A DNA stretch of 50,010 bases from Chromera velia (Eukaryota), in NCBI GenBank assembly GCA_018398765.1, contig JAHBMJ010000346.1, positions 1 through 50,010 of the forward strand. The letters run 5' to 3'. Position 1 is the stretch's first letter. Each line of letters opens with the position of its first letter. Positions 24,180 to 36,200 of the stretch are shown piece after piece. Both the position numbers and the translations under genes were made by a program. The notes beneath the pieces were generated by a model, which saw only the letters and a program-made list of their open reading frames with translations, had not been told where the DNA came from and made no database searches.

Positions 24180-24914
24180 CGGGTGGGCGTGCGAAGTAGC
24201 AATGATACACGGGTTCGTAATGAGAGGATGACACCGGAGACGCTGTACGTACAGAGGAAGAGAAACAAACTGGCACAGAGAATTCTTTCAATCTCTTAGA
24301 TATTTGAAGTGTTGCGCATCTCTTCTAGAGGTGTGGGAAGTGAAAGCCAACCGAAATGCACCATCAACAACGGACTGCATGAGGTTGTCAGTTGTTGGAT
24401 GATGTTGGATGATCAAGCATGCCATAGCGTGCCCCGATCGCGATCGCGCGCGATGCCATATCGGCCGGCCTGCATGGCAAAAAACAGGGCAAAAACAGCT
24501 GTTTGGGACAGGCATTTAAAGTCTAACGCGTGCCACTTTTTGGGTTGAAGCTGTAAACCGGCCAACTTCATGGGGACACACAAAAACCTTCTTATGAGAC
24601 GCTCAGAGACGGCGTCAATTAATTGAGGGCGCGGTTCTCCGCGCGGCCGTCGATCTTATAGGCCCGTCTACGTATACCCGCAGGCATGCACGGTCGATCG
24701 GTATATATACGAGATACACCCAACCAGTTGGGTGAGTGCCTCGGGGGGCCCTTTCCGCAAATTTGATTGATGCGCACCATCGGGGGCTTAGGCATGTCTT
24801 GTGCAGGTGCATGGGGCGGAGGCCACGGCAACGCGCACGAAGTATACTTTTCAGGACCGCGCAAGCATGCACTTGCAACTCCGTGCGAGTTATTTGAGGG
24901 GCACACATATGCGA

Positions 24915-27093
24915 AGTAATTAATTAGGGTATTAGGTATTAGGTATTAAGGGGGGCTATGGGAGTATCTGCCCATCTGGGTAGTACCTCCACCCCATATA
25001 TATGCATTATGCAACTGCTCAGCATTACCCGCCGTACGCTACATATCTGGTCATGCATATGGTCTATCGGCCCGCTCCCTAGAGTGGTCCTGGATAAAAA
25101 ACCTCCGGAATGCAATACCAGTTAATGAAGAAAAACAGGCTAAGGCGGAAAACCGACTCATGCTAGGAGGAGAAGAACTCCTACCAAGCATGCTGCATTA
25201 ACAACTGAGAAGAAGAATGAATCAATTCAGTCAGCACAACCTCCTCTAGCTCTAAGAGAAGGGTACAACGCCAGACAGTCTTCAACTTCCAAGGCTAAAA
25301 TCAAATCTCCCTCTCCACCTCCAGTCACGCTCTCTCGCTCCAGCCCAGTATATCAGGCCAACACACCCAACCTCCCACTCCTTTACAGACAAGAACATTA
25401 CGCACAAAAGATGGGAAGATATGCACCCTCGACAGCAAGAATGTCGGATTCCACTGCCTCGTTACCAGGCTCTTTATCGTGCGCCTTCACCCATTGGATG
25501 GACACAGTCCCCCCCAATACCTATTCGTATTCATTGACAAGGCTAACTAACTTAACAATTAAATCTTGATTGCACACTGGCTTTCCATCAAGTCTTCCCC
25601 AACATTCAACTATCGAACACAGAGAAGCCATCAGACAATTCAGAACAAGATATAGAGAGTCTGCACCCCAATGGTCCGCCTGTCGACTCTCCCGGAAAAC
25701 CTCCCTGGGGGTCTGCTAGGGGTTCACGAGCTTCACTAGCCGTCAGACGGGGGGTGACTGTCGTTATCTGGGGTGGGGGGCTTTCCCGCTCCGTTCAACA
25801 CCCTCCGATGGCTGTACTCATTGCCAGGCTTGCAATCAATGTCGTTACTAGGCTACTATCAGATCTCAGCAGAGGTAAAAGGAAGTCAGGGGTCGGGTCC
25901 TCGCTAGCCCCAGTCACGGAGGGGCACCCACTACCACCAGCGGTCAGTTCACTATTACGTTCCCCCCTAATTTTTAAAGGTACCAGGAGCCTGACCACTC
26001 AAAGCAGTCTCCTCTGAGCAAACTTGTGCAGTGCTACCAGACTGAAGCACAGTCGAAGTTTCAGCAGGCAACCGTGCGGACAGTTGGGGGGTCAGACTCC
26101 TGCTTCCGACTCCGTTATTTGACTAGGGTGTCTGGGAGCATCCGAGAAACAAGTCATAGGGGGGGAACTCACAGTTGTGCCTACCTCTTGTACCCCCCCA
26201 GCGAGACAATGATCGTTTTCTCCCAGCCAACATTTATTACCCTCCCCCACACTATACCTCTGTTTCCTCCCAGTGCTCGGCCCCGATATTACAGAGAGCC
26301 CCCGTTTCCCTCCGGGCCAGCCGCTTGCCTGCTGAGACCCAACATCACCCCCAAATCTTCTCCACCTGAGTCCTGTGGGGGGCGTGAGGAAACGGGGGGT
26401 GGAAAAAGCAGACTAAACCCTGGAGGGGGCAACAAGTCCAGGGTAGCTGTCACCCTAGATGGTTGGGGGGGCTGGTGGAGGGACGGAAATAAAGAGATAG
26501 AGGGCTTCGCTGTCTGGCGGACAACCGAGCCTGTAAGAAAACCCTGGTCCCCTACAAACGCATCCATTAGCATGCCTTCGGGAGGGCTTTTACGCGTCTG
26601 CTGCCTTGTGGGGGCCTTGGTGTGAGCCTCTGGTGGGGGTAGCCCTGCCAGAGAGAAGGCCGTAGGTTCCATACCATCATCAGTGTTGGGCCCTAGGCGG
26701 GGCTGCGTGTCATGACCGAATTCAGGGAGGGTCTGTCCTGGGGACTGTCTGCAGGGGGGCATCGAGAAGAATGATTCACCCTGCCTTGGAGTAGTCAAAT
26801 GCGGAAAGGTCAGGAAGGGCCTCCCTCCTGCTGAAGCAGACGGTGCTGCAGCTGTAGCACTCTCCCAACTTCGTTTGCCAAGTGTGGAGGGACTACCACA
26901 GCCCATCGCAGCCGTTTTTCTGGACCCAGCAAGAGGCTGACCAGGGTTTTTTCCAACTATTGGGATCAAGAGGGGTGGGACCATCACTGCAGCGGAAGCA
27001 GCGATGTAGCGGTCGGGAGGAGGGGTTCCAAAACTGTTGGTCAAGGTCTGTGAGAACGATTTTGAGTGACTAGGCAGAGAGGGGGATGAAGGG
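24915..27093 (-). mobile_element. Internally deleted non-LTR retrotransposon remnant carrying an RNase H fragment
   Basis: Minus strand about 25420-25670 reads DSLYL..DGKPVCNQDLI../VSIQWVKAHDKEPGNEAVESDILAVEGA. The 3' tail is (TAATACC)x3 at about 24927-24948. Near-identical flanks CATATGCGA (24906-24914) and CATGTGCGA (27094-27102). Pro-rich 5' ORF at 26289-27044. No RT seen. Confidence 0.62.
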
Positions 27094-27636
27094 CATGTGC
27101 GATCGCGGCTCCGTGCGAGTTACTTGAGGAGCACATTTTGGAATTCGGGTGACACTGTGACAGACGGAGATATAGAAGCGACCCCCCCCCCCAAAAATGA
27201 AAAAATGCGTTATGCGAGTGCGTGCGATCTCAGGGCCTCTCGGTTGATCTCAGCAGAGCTGAGCTGCCCCCCGAGGCGACCCGGCCCTCCATGCATGCAT
27301 GGATCCGTGATCATCCGTCCGATCTCCACACTGAGTGCATCCTCTCGATCAGTACAATGGCCAAACAACACGCATTCATGTTTCTGCATTGACAAGTCAT
27401 CGGCACTGCTTTGGCATATTTTTGTACCCAGTTTGGGCTTCTCATGGTCCCACCCAATTGTCTCTGATTTTCCTCTTGTTTTCGTGCGACACCCGCGGTG
27501 ATTTCCAAGATCGAGTCTGAGTTCTAGTGAGTGTTGTTCGGTTTTCATCTACATTTGAGGGGCGTGCTTCATTCTTGCATTACCAACCGAAGACAGGCCC
27601 CTCTGCATGGAAGACAGGGAGAGCGGGTAACAAAAG

Positions 27637-29208
27637 ATGACCTCTTCCAGCCGGACAGTTGCAGTTGATCGCAATTTTGACAATCCTCGTTTTGACTTCA
27701 GGTCTATTGAAGAGGGGGCGAAGGGGTTGAAGTACCTGGAAGACTGGGGTTATGTGGTCTGCAGTGGTGTGCTCGATCAGGCAGAAGTGGAAACCGCCAA
27801 AAATTGTCAGTCGGAGCTTTCTGACATCCACCCGTCAAGGCTAGTTCTGCACCGCCTGTATGTCTCCTCGACGTTTTCTGCATGCGGTCACCTGTGTCTC
27901 TTTCCCACTCTCATGCACCTGTTGATTGCTGCACGTGCGTGTCTCCTCAGTGTTTTGGGATTTCATGGAGACCTTCCCCTCCCGCATGGAGAATAAGTTC
28001 CCAGGGTTTGAGGAAGAGGTGAGTGCCCCACGAAGGCACAGCCCCGAGACGTGGGAGGGAAGGTCCTGGCCTGGGGGAGCAGAGACGGGAATCATCAACT
28101 CGTGGGGGGCTGGGCAGAGTCCATTCCAGTGGTTTGTCCGGACACGGCCTCAAGTGCGGGACGTCTTTTCGGCCCTCTGGGAGACAGACGACCTCCTTTG
28201 TTCCTTTGACGGTTTCGGAGCCTTCAGGCCCTGGAGGCTGAATCCGAAGTGGAAAACTCAGGGGGGATGGTGGCACGTTGACCAAAACCCCATTTCGAAA
28301 CCCGACAGGGTGTGTGTGCAGGGCCTGGTGTCGCTTTACGACGGGACTTCCTCTGTCGGAGGTCTGACTGTGATTCCAGGGTCTCACAAAGAGTTCTGTG
28401 CTTTTGGGAAAAGGGCACAGAAGGAAGGAAGATTAATGGGAAAGACTGACTTCGTCCCAGTGCCACACGAGGACCCGATCATGAGTCCCGGGGGACGGCT
28501 CGTCTTGTGCAAGGCGGGTGATCTTCTGCTGTGGGATTCCAGAACGGTGCACTGCAACACCCCAGGGGAGAGCTTGAGCGATACTGAGGGCAAGAAGGTG
28601 GATGATAGCGTGTCCCCAGACGTGCAGTCTTCCTCTGATTCAGAGAGCCACAAGGAACCTGTTGACCTCATCCGAATCGTTTCGTACGTCTGCATGACGC
28701 CGGCTGCATGGGCGGACACAAAAACCAAACGACGTCGAATGGAATACGCAAACAGCGGGGTAGGTGGGTAGGTGGGCGGGTGAGAACTGACGCCCTTGTT
28801 GAATTCAAATACGTCTCCGTGCAGGGTTCCGTTGTACAGACTTCTGTTTGCAAGAATGTCGCCTCGTTCAAATACTATATAGAACGCAAAGTTTAAACGC
28901 CTTATCTTACCTCCTCCTTTTTCCACTCTGCAACTTTGGCCATGTGCCTCTTCTGTATGCTCCGTTTTTGTGGGGCTGTTCGAGCGTCGATTCCCTCTTC
29001 TGCAAGTCTGTCCGTCGCTCCAAAATCCTGCTTGTCTGCCTGCTTCCGGGTCCTTCAAATGAAGGTGCTGCACGTTTGGTCCATGTTTGTGACAGTGACG
29101 TACGTAGTCATTGTACATAAATGAATGAACATATGCCGAATGGACGGATGGTACGAAAGAAGGAAGGAAGCAAGAAAGGGAGGAAGAAAGGAAGAGAGGA
29201 AAGGCGTC

Positions 29209-29239
<31 letters not shown>

Positions 29240-29996
29240 ACCAAACAAACAAAGAAAATAAAAAAGGGAGGAAGGAAGGAAGGAAGGGAGGAAGGAAGGA
29301 AGGAAGCAGAGAAGAAAGAAAGAAGCAGGGAGCGAGCGAGCGAGAGACAGAGAGAGAAAGAGAGAGAGAGAGGAGTTGTTTTTTCGGACGACCAATCGAT
29401 TCAATGAGTCATCCAATCAGTATGAAAGGGGGGATGGCCCGGATCGATTGGCGTCTGCGTAGTGAGTCAAATGAAAAGTCCCTTCCGCAGATACAGCGCC
29501 ACGACTGCGTTTGGCATTCCAGTCTGCACGTCCCTGGGAAGCCATTTTACTTTTTTGCAGACGCATCGACATTTGGACAATGCTTTCAGTGGCCTCTCAG
29601 TTGGCGTTCTCAGGCAGTTTCTACAAGGGAATGAGTAAATGGATGTTGTATAAACGCAAGGCAGTTGTGCGGGAGGGTGCTTTACTCCGTGATGGAATGT
29701 CTCGTCGTCCATTCCATGATCCGCGCCTTCTTAATTCTGAGTGTCTTCGTCCTCTGCATTGTCCTTCTTAATTGAAGTGCATGGCTTGACTGCATGCACG
29801 TAATCACATCATGCAGGTGACGACAAACCACTGGCCGCACGAGATCCTGGAAGGTCTGAAGGACACGCCACCGTTTTGGGACGCCGAGGGCTTTGTTGAC
29901 AAAACACTGATCATCGGCAAGGACCCAGCGGGACTCAATGAGACAGTAGATTCGAGTGTGTCGAAAATCTGGACAACAAAATGCGTCGTGATGTGA
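27637..29996 (+). CDS. Phytanoyl-CoA dioxygenase (PhyH)-family 2OG/Fe(II) oxygenase, 3 exons, C-terminal CaaX
   Basis: Exons 27637-27805, 27951-28759 and 29817-29996, phase-consistent GT-AG. Motifs: GYVV, WHVDQ (HxD), VQGLVSL, GGLTVIPGSH, GDLLLWDSRTVHCN, R..YVCMTP, TTNHWP. Ends TTKCVVM*. Confidence 0.92.
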
Positions 29997-30904
29997 CTGG
30001 CGTAACCACTTCAGTCATAACCACGTCACAATAATGTTGAGTCAATGTTCAATCGTTGTGTTCTGTCCCTAGGTTCGATCTGTCCAGTTGTTAGCATGGA
30101 TGTCTGAGAACTTTATGCAATACTCCAGCGTCAGATAGTACAAAGAATTCGATACGTCGGATAGTATAAAATTTTGCCGTTCATTCTAGGCATAATATCC
30201 CAGTATTAGTTTTTAATTAACCTTCAATAATCTGTAGTGCACTGCTGAGTGCATACATTTAGAAATGCATGCATATAGTGAATCGACGCAGTCTTGGATG
30301 TAGTATCTTAAACTTCAAATCCCTAAATTATATAAGTTAAATAAATCCGAAGCATTTAATGCTATGGAGTTGATGATGCTATATAGTCAAAAATTAGTAA
30401 TCAAAAAAGCCTGAAAAAATTGGAAAATGCCATAATTAAATTTATATGATCGTATCAATCATGACAATTTAATCACAGCGTTTCTTTCTTTCTTTCTTTC
30501 ATCTGCTCACCGGTTGCCCCGTGCAAGCAAGCAGAGGGACTGCTGCCGGCACGAGTCTGAAGCAGCCCCTCTAAAAAGACATTGTCAATTACACTGTCAT
30601 GCAGACTGCTGTCAAACAAACTCTATACTTCCTCATTCCTTCAGTAGAGACTGTCCGTTTTGATGCGGGGCCTTGCAAGTGGAAAACTTAGTAAGTCACG
30701 TGTACTTCTTCACTTCTGCAACCGTCAGCATGAGTTTTTATGCTGACATATGATGTTGACATATGCTGACATGTGTCTGTCCGACACAATAGATTGAACC
30801 GGCTGGGGACAGTTGCTGTGCGCGCGGCTCCGGCTCCTTATTTCACCTATATCGGCCGCGGGCGGCGCGGGCCTGGCCGGCCTTGTGCCAGTGGCCGCGC
30901 GTCT

Positions 30905-31010
30905 GGCCTCCAAAACAGGTTCAAAACAGGTTTAACAGGTTCAAAACAGGTTCAACAGGTTCACTTTTTTAGATTTGAACCTTTTCTCAATGAACCTTTT
31001 CCCAGCCCTA
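30905..31010. repeat. Probable single hAT-like transposon end with AACAGGTT(C) subterminal repeats
   Basis: Five AACAGGTT units at about 30914-30961 and a terminus ..TTTTCCCAGCCCTA (reverse complement TAGGGCTGGG). No partner end found. Confidence 0.4.
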
Positions 31011-32014
31011 TGATTCTGTGACGTTAGCTATGACACTTATGTTATAATATAATTTTTGAATCTGTTTTTGCCAATATAACTTAGCTCAGAATACAATTTT
31101 GAGGTTAGAACTAGTCAATCAAGCTTAAATTGCTTTATACAATTTAATTTAGACGGCGATATTAAACAAAGTAAAAAATATATATTTTAAAAGCATATGT
31201 CGGAGATTTTGAATAAATCACGCAAAAAACAATCTAAACAGCCTGACGTAAAATCTAGCGTAAAATATGTGTAAGTGTTGCTGAGTTAATTGAATCATTA
31301 TAGTAATCATTAATAACGTTGGGGAGATACTTTCTGAACAAAAAGTCAATTGTTAAAGCTACTTAGAGCCGACAGTCGATCAATATAACATACAATAATA
31401 GTGTACCAATATAGACTGAGTATACAGTCAGTGCCAGAACGAGCAAGCAAGCAACACCAGGACGGGAGGTCTTCACAGGCCCCTCTAGTGATACCAACTG
31501 CTCGATCGCTGGTCCATGCACTCGCAACATCCAGCAAGCATGCATGCAGGAACTTTCAGAACCAATCATGATCCTTTGTCCTGCAAGAGCTTCCATACCA
31601 TTTTCAGTACACTCTTTTCCAATTGTAGCGAACCCTGCATTTCAACAAAATCCTGTTGACGATTCCCGAAAACAAGAAAGCCTTCAGCAGCCTTGTATAG
31701 GACTGGGTGCGCTTTCCTGAGGGTGGAAAACTCGTCATAAATTGAGAAAAGGCCAATCATTTTGAAAGCCGCAGGGCGTCTGGGTGTAGACAGTGGGTGC
31801 AGACAATCCTGTGTGTCGCACGGATGTTGTCTCTCTCGCGCGCTCGCGCTCATTCCATGTCCTACTATCTTCTTGAGGCTCCTCTGCTCGATTTTGTCGA
31901 TCTGATTCTGTTCCTCTGAATCCGCTCTGAGGGCTTCAGACCTTTTAATTACGCTACGTCGCTACACAGCCCCTGTGAAGTAGGAGGATAGTGCACCTTC
32001 CTTTTTTTGGCATC

Positions 32015-32626
32015 TTAGCGCTTCTGGGGGGGAGGAGGGAGCCTCCTTTGTTTGAAGCCGTTAACACAACGAGGGTGAAGGGGGGTGGGTGGACAGCCTC
32101 CCTCATGGGCAGGACCCTCGCATTTGTACATCGTTTGCGTTTCCCCTGCAATCCTTCCCTTGCACCATCCACAAACTTCTGCAAACATTACTTGCGCTCG
32201 TGTGCTGCAGGCTGAGTGCACCTCTAGATTCTTTCCGTTGGGAAGACTGAGTTTGACCCTGTGCTCCTCTTTTCCCATGGGCTGGCGGCAGTACTGACAC
32301 TTGCCTGCATCTCCTTTGCAGCCAGGGTGTCGTCGAAAAGCCTCAACACATTGAGGGTGGACTCTCCCTTTCTTCCTGGGAACGTATTGTTCTCCGGGAT
32401 TCTTCTTCTCTTCCTCTTCTACTTTGACGTGGTGTCCGGCTATTCGGCCCTTGCAGCACGCACACACAAGCTGGTGAGCCTCCTTTGCGTCATGCTCACA
32501 TACACCTTGATGCACTGTGAGCTTTTTCTTCGTCTTTCCGTTGTCAAGCGACAGCTCCACAGCAACCGAGTTGTACCTGTCGATCCACTGGTGGCAGTAA
32601 CCACACTTGCTTCCGTCTTGCCCCAT
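32015..32626 (-). CDS. 203-aa protein with four CxxC..Hxx(x)C putative zinc-binding modules and an N-myristoylation-like start
   Basis: ATG at 32626 gives MGQDGSK. Modules are CGYC..HQGVC, CACC..HPQC, CQYC..HSAC and CGWC..HPRC. Internal AB-AB duplication (CKGRIAG occurs twice). Confidence 0.78.
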   Translation of the reverse strand: MGQDGSKCGYCHQWIDRYNSVAVELSLDNGKTKKKLTVHQGVCEHDAKEAHQLVCACCKGRIAGHHVKVEEEEKKNPGEQYVPRKKGRVHPQCVEAFRRHPGCKGDAGKCQYCRQPMGKEEHRVKLSLPNGKNLEVHSACSTRAQVMFAEVCGWCKGRIAGETQTMYKCEGPAHEGGCPPTPLHPRCVNGFKQRRLPPPPQKR

Positions 32627-33237
32627 TGATCCAGCTGTAAGGACTCCCAGTGAAAGCACCTGGTGTTGCTTTCAGGTGACGGTGTTGCAACGACAGTTGT
32701 TGGATATCAGTGCAACTGATATTATATGAATCTCTCTCTCTCTCTCCCCCTCTCTTTCTGTCTCTCTCTGGAGGGCTTTCTTGTCTCTACTCGTCTATTT
32801 TGTTTGAGGCAATTGGAAGAACACTGAATTTTAAGGTGCGTATGTGATTCATCGACAGATGCATATAACCGAATCGGACAACATGTACGTGTTGCTATGT
32901 GTTGTTCGCTGTTTTTCAAGGTCCGCGAAGCGAGCCCACGCACAGGCGATTCGTCATGCATGCATGCAGAAAGATATCTCACTCATGGTATATGCATGGT
33001 GCGTGCGTCAGTCTGCATTCCATATGCAGCCTTCTTATATGCATGATCTTTCGTGCCATCCAAAGATCACTGAATTCAGTGAAGCTTGCGACTCTTCCGT
33101 CTAATGAAGGCTTTATCAGACTCTGACTGGTTGCCCATCTTTTGCTCTGTTTGACCTGGAGAATTAAGCATTTTGGTGTTTCCTTCCTGGAGACAAGTCT
33201 GCAGGGAGAGAGACGAGGAGACGCCACTGTTCTGATC

Positions 33238-36200
33238 ATGCTTCCGTGTGGGGGGTTTTTCTCTGCGTGCCTCGTGGCCGCTCTGGGAACGGTCCAGGTC
33301 ATCGCAGGGGGGGCGAATGGAGAGGCACAGCCGCCGCTTGACCAGTGGGTCGGCTGGTTGGTGGTCATTGGGTTTGGCCTCTTCTTTTCGTTCCTTGCGG
33401 TTGGATTTGCCAAGCTGGAGGAGCGAGCGCTTGTGGAAACAATGACCTCGGAGCAGTTCAATACTGCTGGAAGGAACGTAGGGGCCGGTCTCATCGCAGC
33501 AGTGATTGTTTCGCAGTGGACTTGGGCTGCCACGCTGCTGCAGAGTGCGAATATGGGGTGGCGTGTTGGTATTGCGGGGCCTTACTGGTATGCTGCCGGG
33601 GCTTCTGTCCAGATTCTTTTGTTCTCTGTTTTAGCCATTCAGGTCAAAAGACGGTGCTCCAATATGCACACGTTTCTGGAGATCATTCGCGTGCGTTGGG
33701 GATCTTTTGCGCACATCGTGTTCATCTGTTTTGCCCTGTGCACCAACATTCTCGTGACAGGTGAGATTACGCTGAAACAGTGTTGTCCGCTATCTTCTTT
33801 GTTGGCTTCAATCCCCCCCCTTTTCTGTCTTCGATCTCCAGGTAGCAGTCCACAAAAGGACAGTAGTGGAGAGACCTTCTGGTTCCTTTACTGGTTGCTG
33901 TCCCCTCTTTGGTACAAGTCGATTGTCTGTCTTTCGGATGGGTATCTTTTCATCAGTGCCAGGGGAGTCAACTAAGCGATTTTCCGTCGGCCTACCTGGC
34001 CGTCGCACTCTAGGTCTCCGTGCTTGCCTGACTGATTGGCCGACTGACTGTCTGACTGACTGTCTGACATTCCCTTCAAACAAATGCAGGAATGTTGATG
34101 CTTGGAGGCGCTGAAGTGATTGAAGACCTGACGGGTGTCCCCGTGACTTGGTCGTCTCTCATTCTTCCCTTCTCCTCGTGCCTGGTGTACACCCTGAGGG
34201 GTGGACTGAAGGCGACATTCTTCTCCGCGTACCTGAACACGGTGATCATCTTTGCTACTCTGCTCCTCTTCATCTTCACTGTGTACGCTTCTCCTGGTAG
34301 GTCTGCCTGTCTGTCTCCTGGCCGACCTGTTTCTCTGCCCTCCCTCTTTGTCCTTCAGGTTGAAGGGCTTCATTGAGTCCAGTGTCCTCCTCTGTTCAGT
34401 CTGACCTAGCTGCTTTGGAAGCGTTTTCTGCTGATGCGCTGTTCGTCTTTCGACTTTTCTTTCGTGTCTCCTCAAGTGCACAATTAATTGATGTTGTTCG
34501 CCTTTCATCCATCCATCCTTCCAGGTGGGGATCTTTCGGCCTCCGTTGGGTCTCCCGACAGGGTCTTTGAGGGTCTCCAGAGGGCGTCTGCGAGAGCAGC
34601 CAGGTTCGCTTTTGGAAAGGAACCTAACCCTCCTTTTCCCTTCACTGAGGGGTTGGTGGGGAACAGCGGTATTTGTGTGGGCACATCTGCTGAGATCGAT
34701 CAGACAGGGAGCACTTCCTGCAGATACACGCAGGTTGGAAGTTGTGCTCCCGGTGATGACTCTTGTGCGTCCTTCACCCCCTCTCTGGGGGGTCAGGAGG
34801 AGGTGAGCTTCTCTCATGACTGTGCAGATCCGTCCAATAACGTGTGCGCTCCCTCCTTCCTCACTCTGGCGTCAAACGGGGGCATCATCTTCGGTGTGGT
34901 GAATCTGGTCGGCAACTTCGGCACCGTTTTCGTCGACCAGAGTTACTGGCAGTCTGCAGTTGCATGCAAGTCAGCAGATACTAGGTAGAGAGAGGGGGGG
35001 GGGGCCTGGGGATGCATCGGCACGCTCAGTCGGCAACTGTTACTTTTGCCCTATCTCCTTCCCTCCGTTTCTCCGCCTGCCCTCTCTCCTGCCCTCACTC
35101 TGTCTCTGCCTGCGCTGCGACCGCACAGCGTTTACGGAGTACCAAAGCATGACGAAGGGACCAGCAGCCTGACTATATTTCGCTGTCTTCTTCCTTCCTT
35201 TGTGCAGACCGAGAGCCACCGTGCAGGGGTACCTTCTGGGGGGCATGGTTTGGTTCGCCGTGCCTTTTGCCTTCGCGACGACTGTGGGTCTGGCGGCTCG
35301 TTCCATGGCAGGGGGGCCTGAGGGGATCCCTTTGGATTTCGTGACTGCGTTCGAGGCCAACGCGGGGCTGGTGCCTGCACGGGTGCTCCAACTGACTATG
35401 GGTAAGGGGAGAAGGGGGTAGAGAGTGTTGGCGCCTCGGTATCTGTGATTTCATCCTGATGCCTTCATGATGCTAAGCGTACTGGATGTCGACGAAAGGG
35501 GGGACAGGCGGGAAACTACGGTTGCAAGTTCTCTCTTTTGCTTTGGCTTGGCAGACGAGGAAGAAAGAAAGAGGATGGGGGGGAGTGTCCATTTGAGAGT
35601 GCTCTGTTTGGCATGAAGGCGTGTGCAGGGCGATTCGATGTCTTTATTTGTGCAGCTGCCACATGAGGTGCTTACACAGACCAGACAGACTTCTGCCCCT
35701 TTCTGTCTGTCTGTCTGTCTGTCTGTCAGAAGAAGAAACATATAGTCTGTCTTCATGTACCTGTGTGGGCCCTCCTTGGCTTGGTTGGTTTTCTGCAGGT
35801 GTGGCAGGATCGTTTCTCCTCCTCCTGATGCTCTTCATGGCCATCACCAGCACTGGGGCCTCTGAGCTGATCGCTGCCTCCTCCATTCTCGTGTACGACG
35901 TCTTTGTCCCCTATCTGCAGGTCGGTCTGTCGTTCTTTCTTTCTTTTTGTTTTTTAATTCCATGATGTGGAGCTGGAGGACACGATGGGAGATTCGGGCT
36001 GCATGCATGTTTGTGAGGAGTGCGCGTTTGGGGTGGCGAATTCCTTTCCTGATTCTATTCGTATTTCCTCTCTTGCCCTGCTGAGTGAGTGCCTCTCAAG
36101 GTGTGTTCTCTCTGTCAACCCAGCCGCCATCGGCATGACTGCCTGAGGAGAGATAGAAAGAACAGCGAGGCCTGGATAGACGAACCCCCATGGTTCTTTC

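Noticed and set aside
24924..24950. TTAGGG-like sequence as an interstitial telomere
   Set aside because: There is only one TTAGGG. The periodicity is a 7-mer (GGTATTA), better explained as a retroelement tail.
24423..27214. CATAGCG..CGTTATG as TIRs of the GC-rich host repeat
   Set aside because: Only 7 bp with a mismatch and no target-site duplication.
31566..31853. 95-aa minus-strand ORF as an extra gene or continuation of the zinc-module protein
   Set aside because: No recognisable motif and no convincing splice link. It may be 3' UTR.
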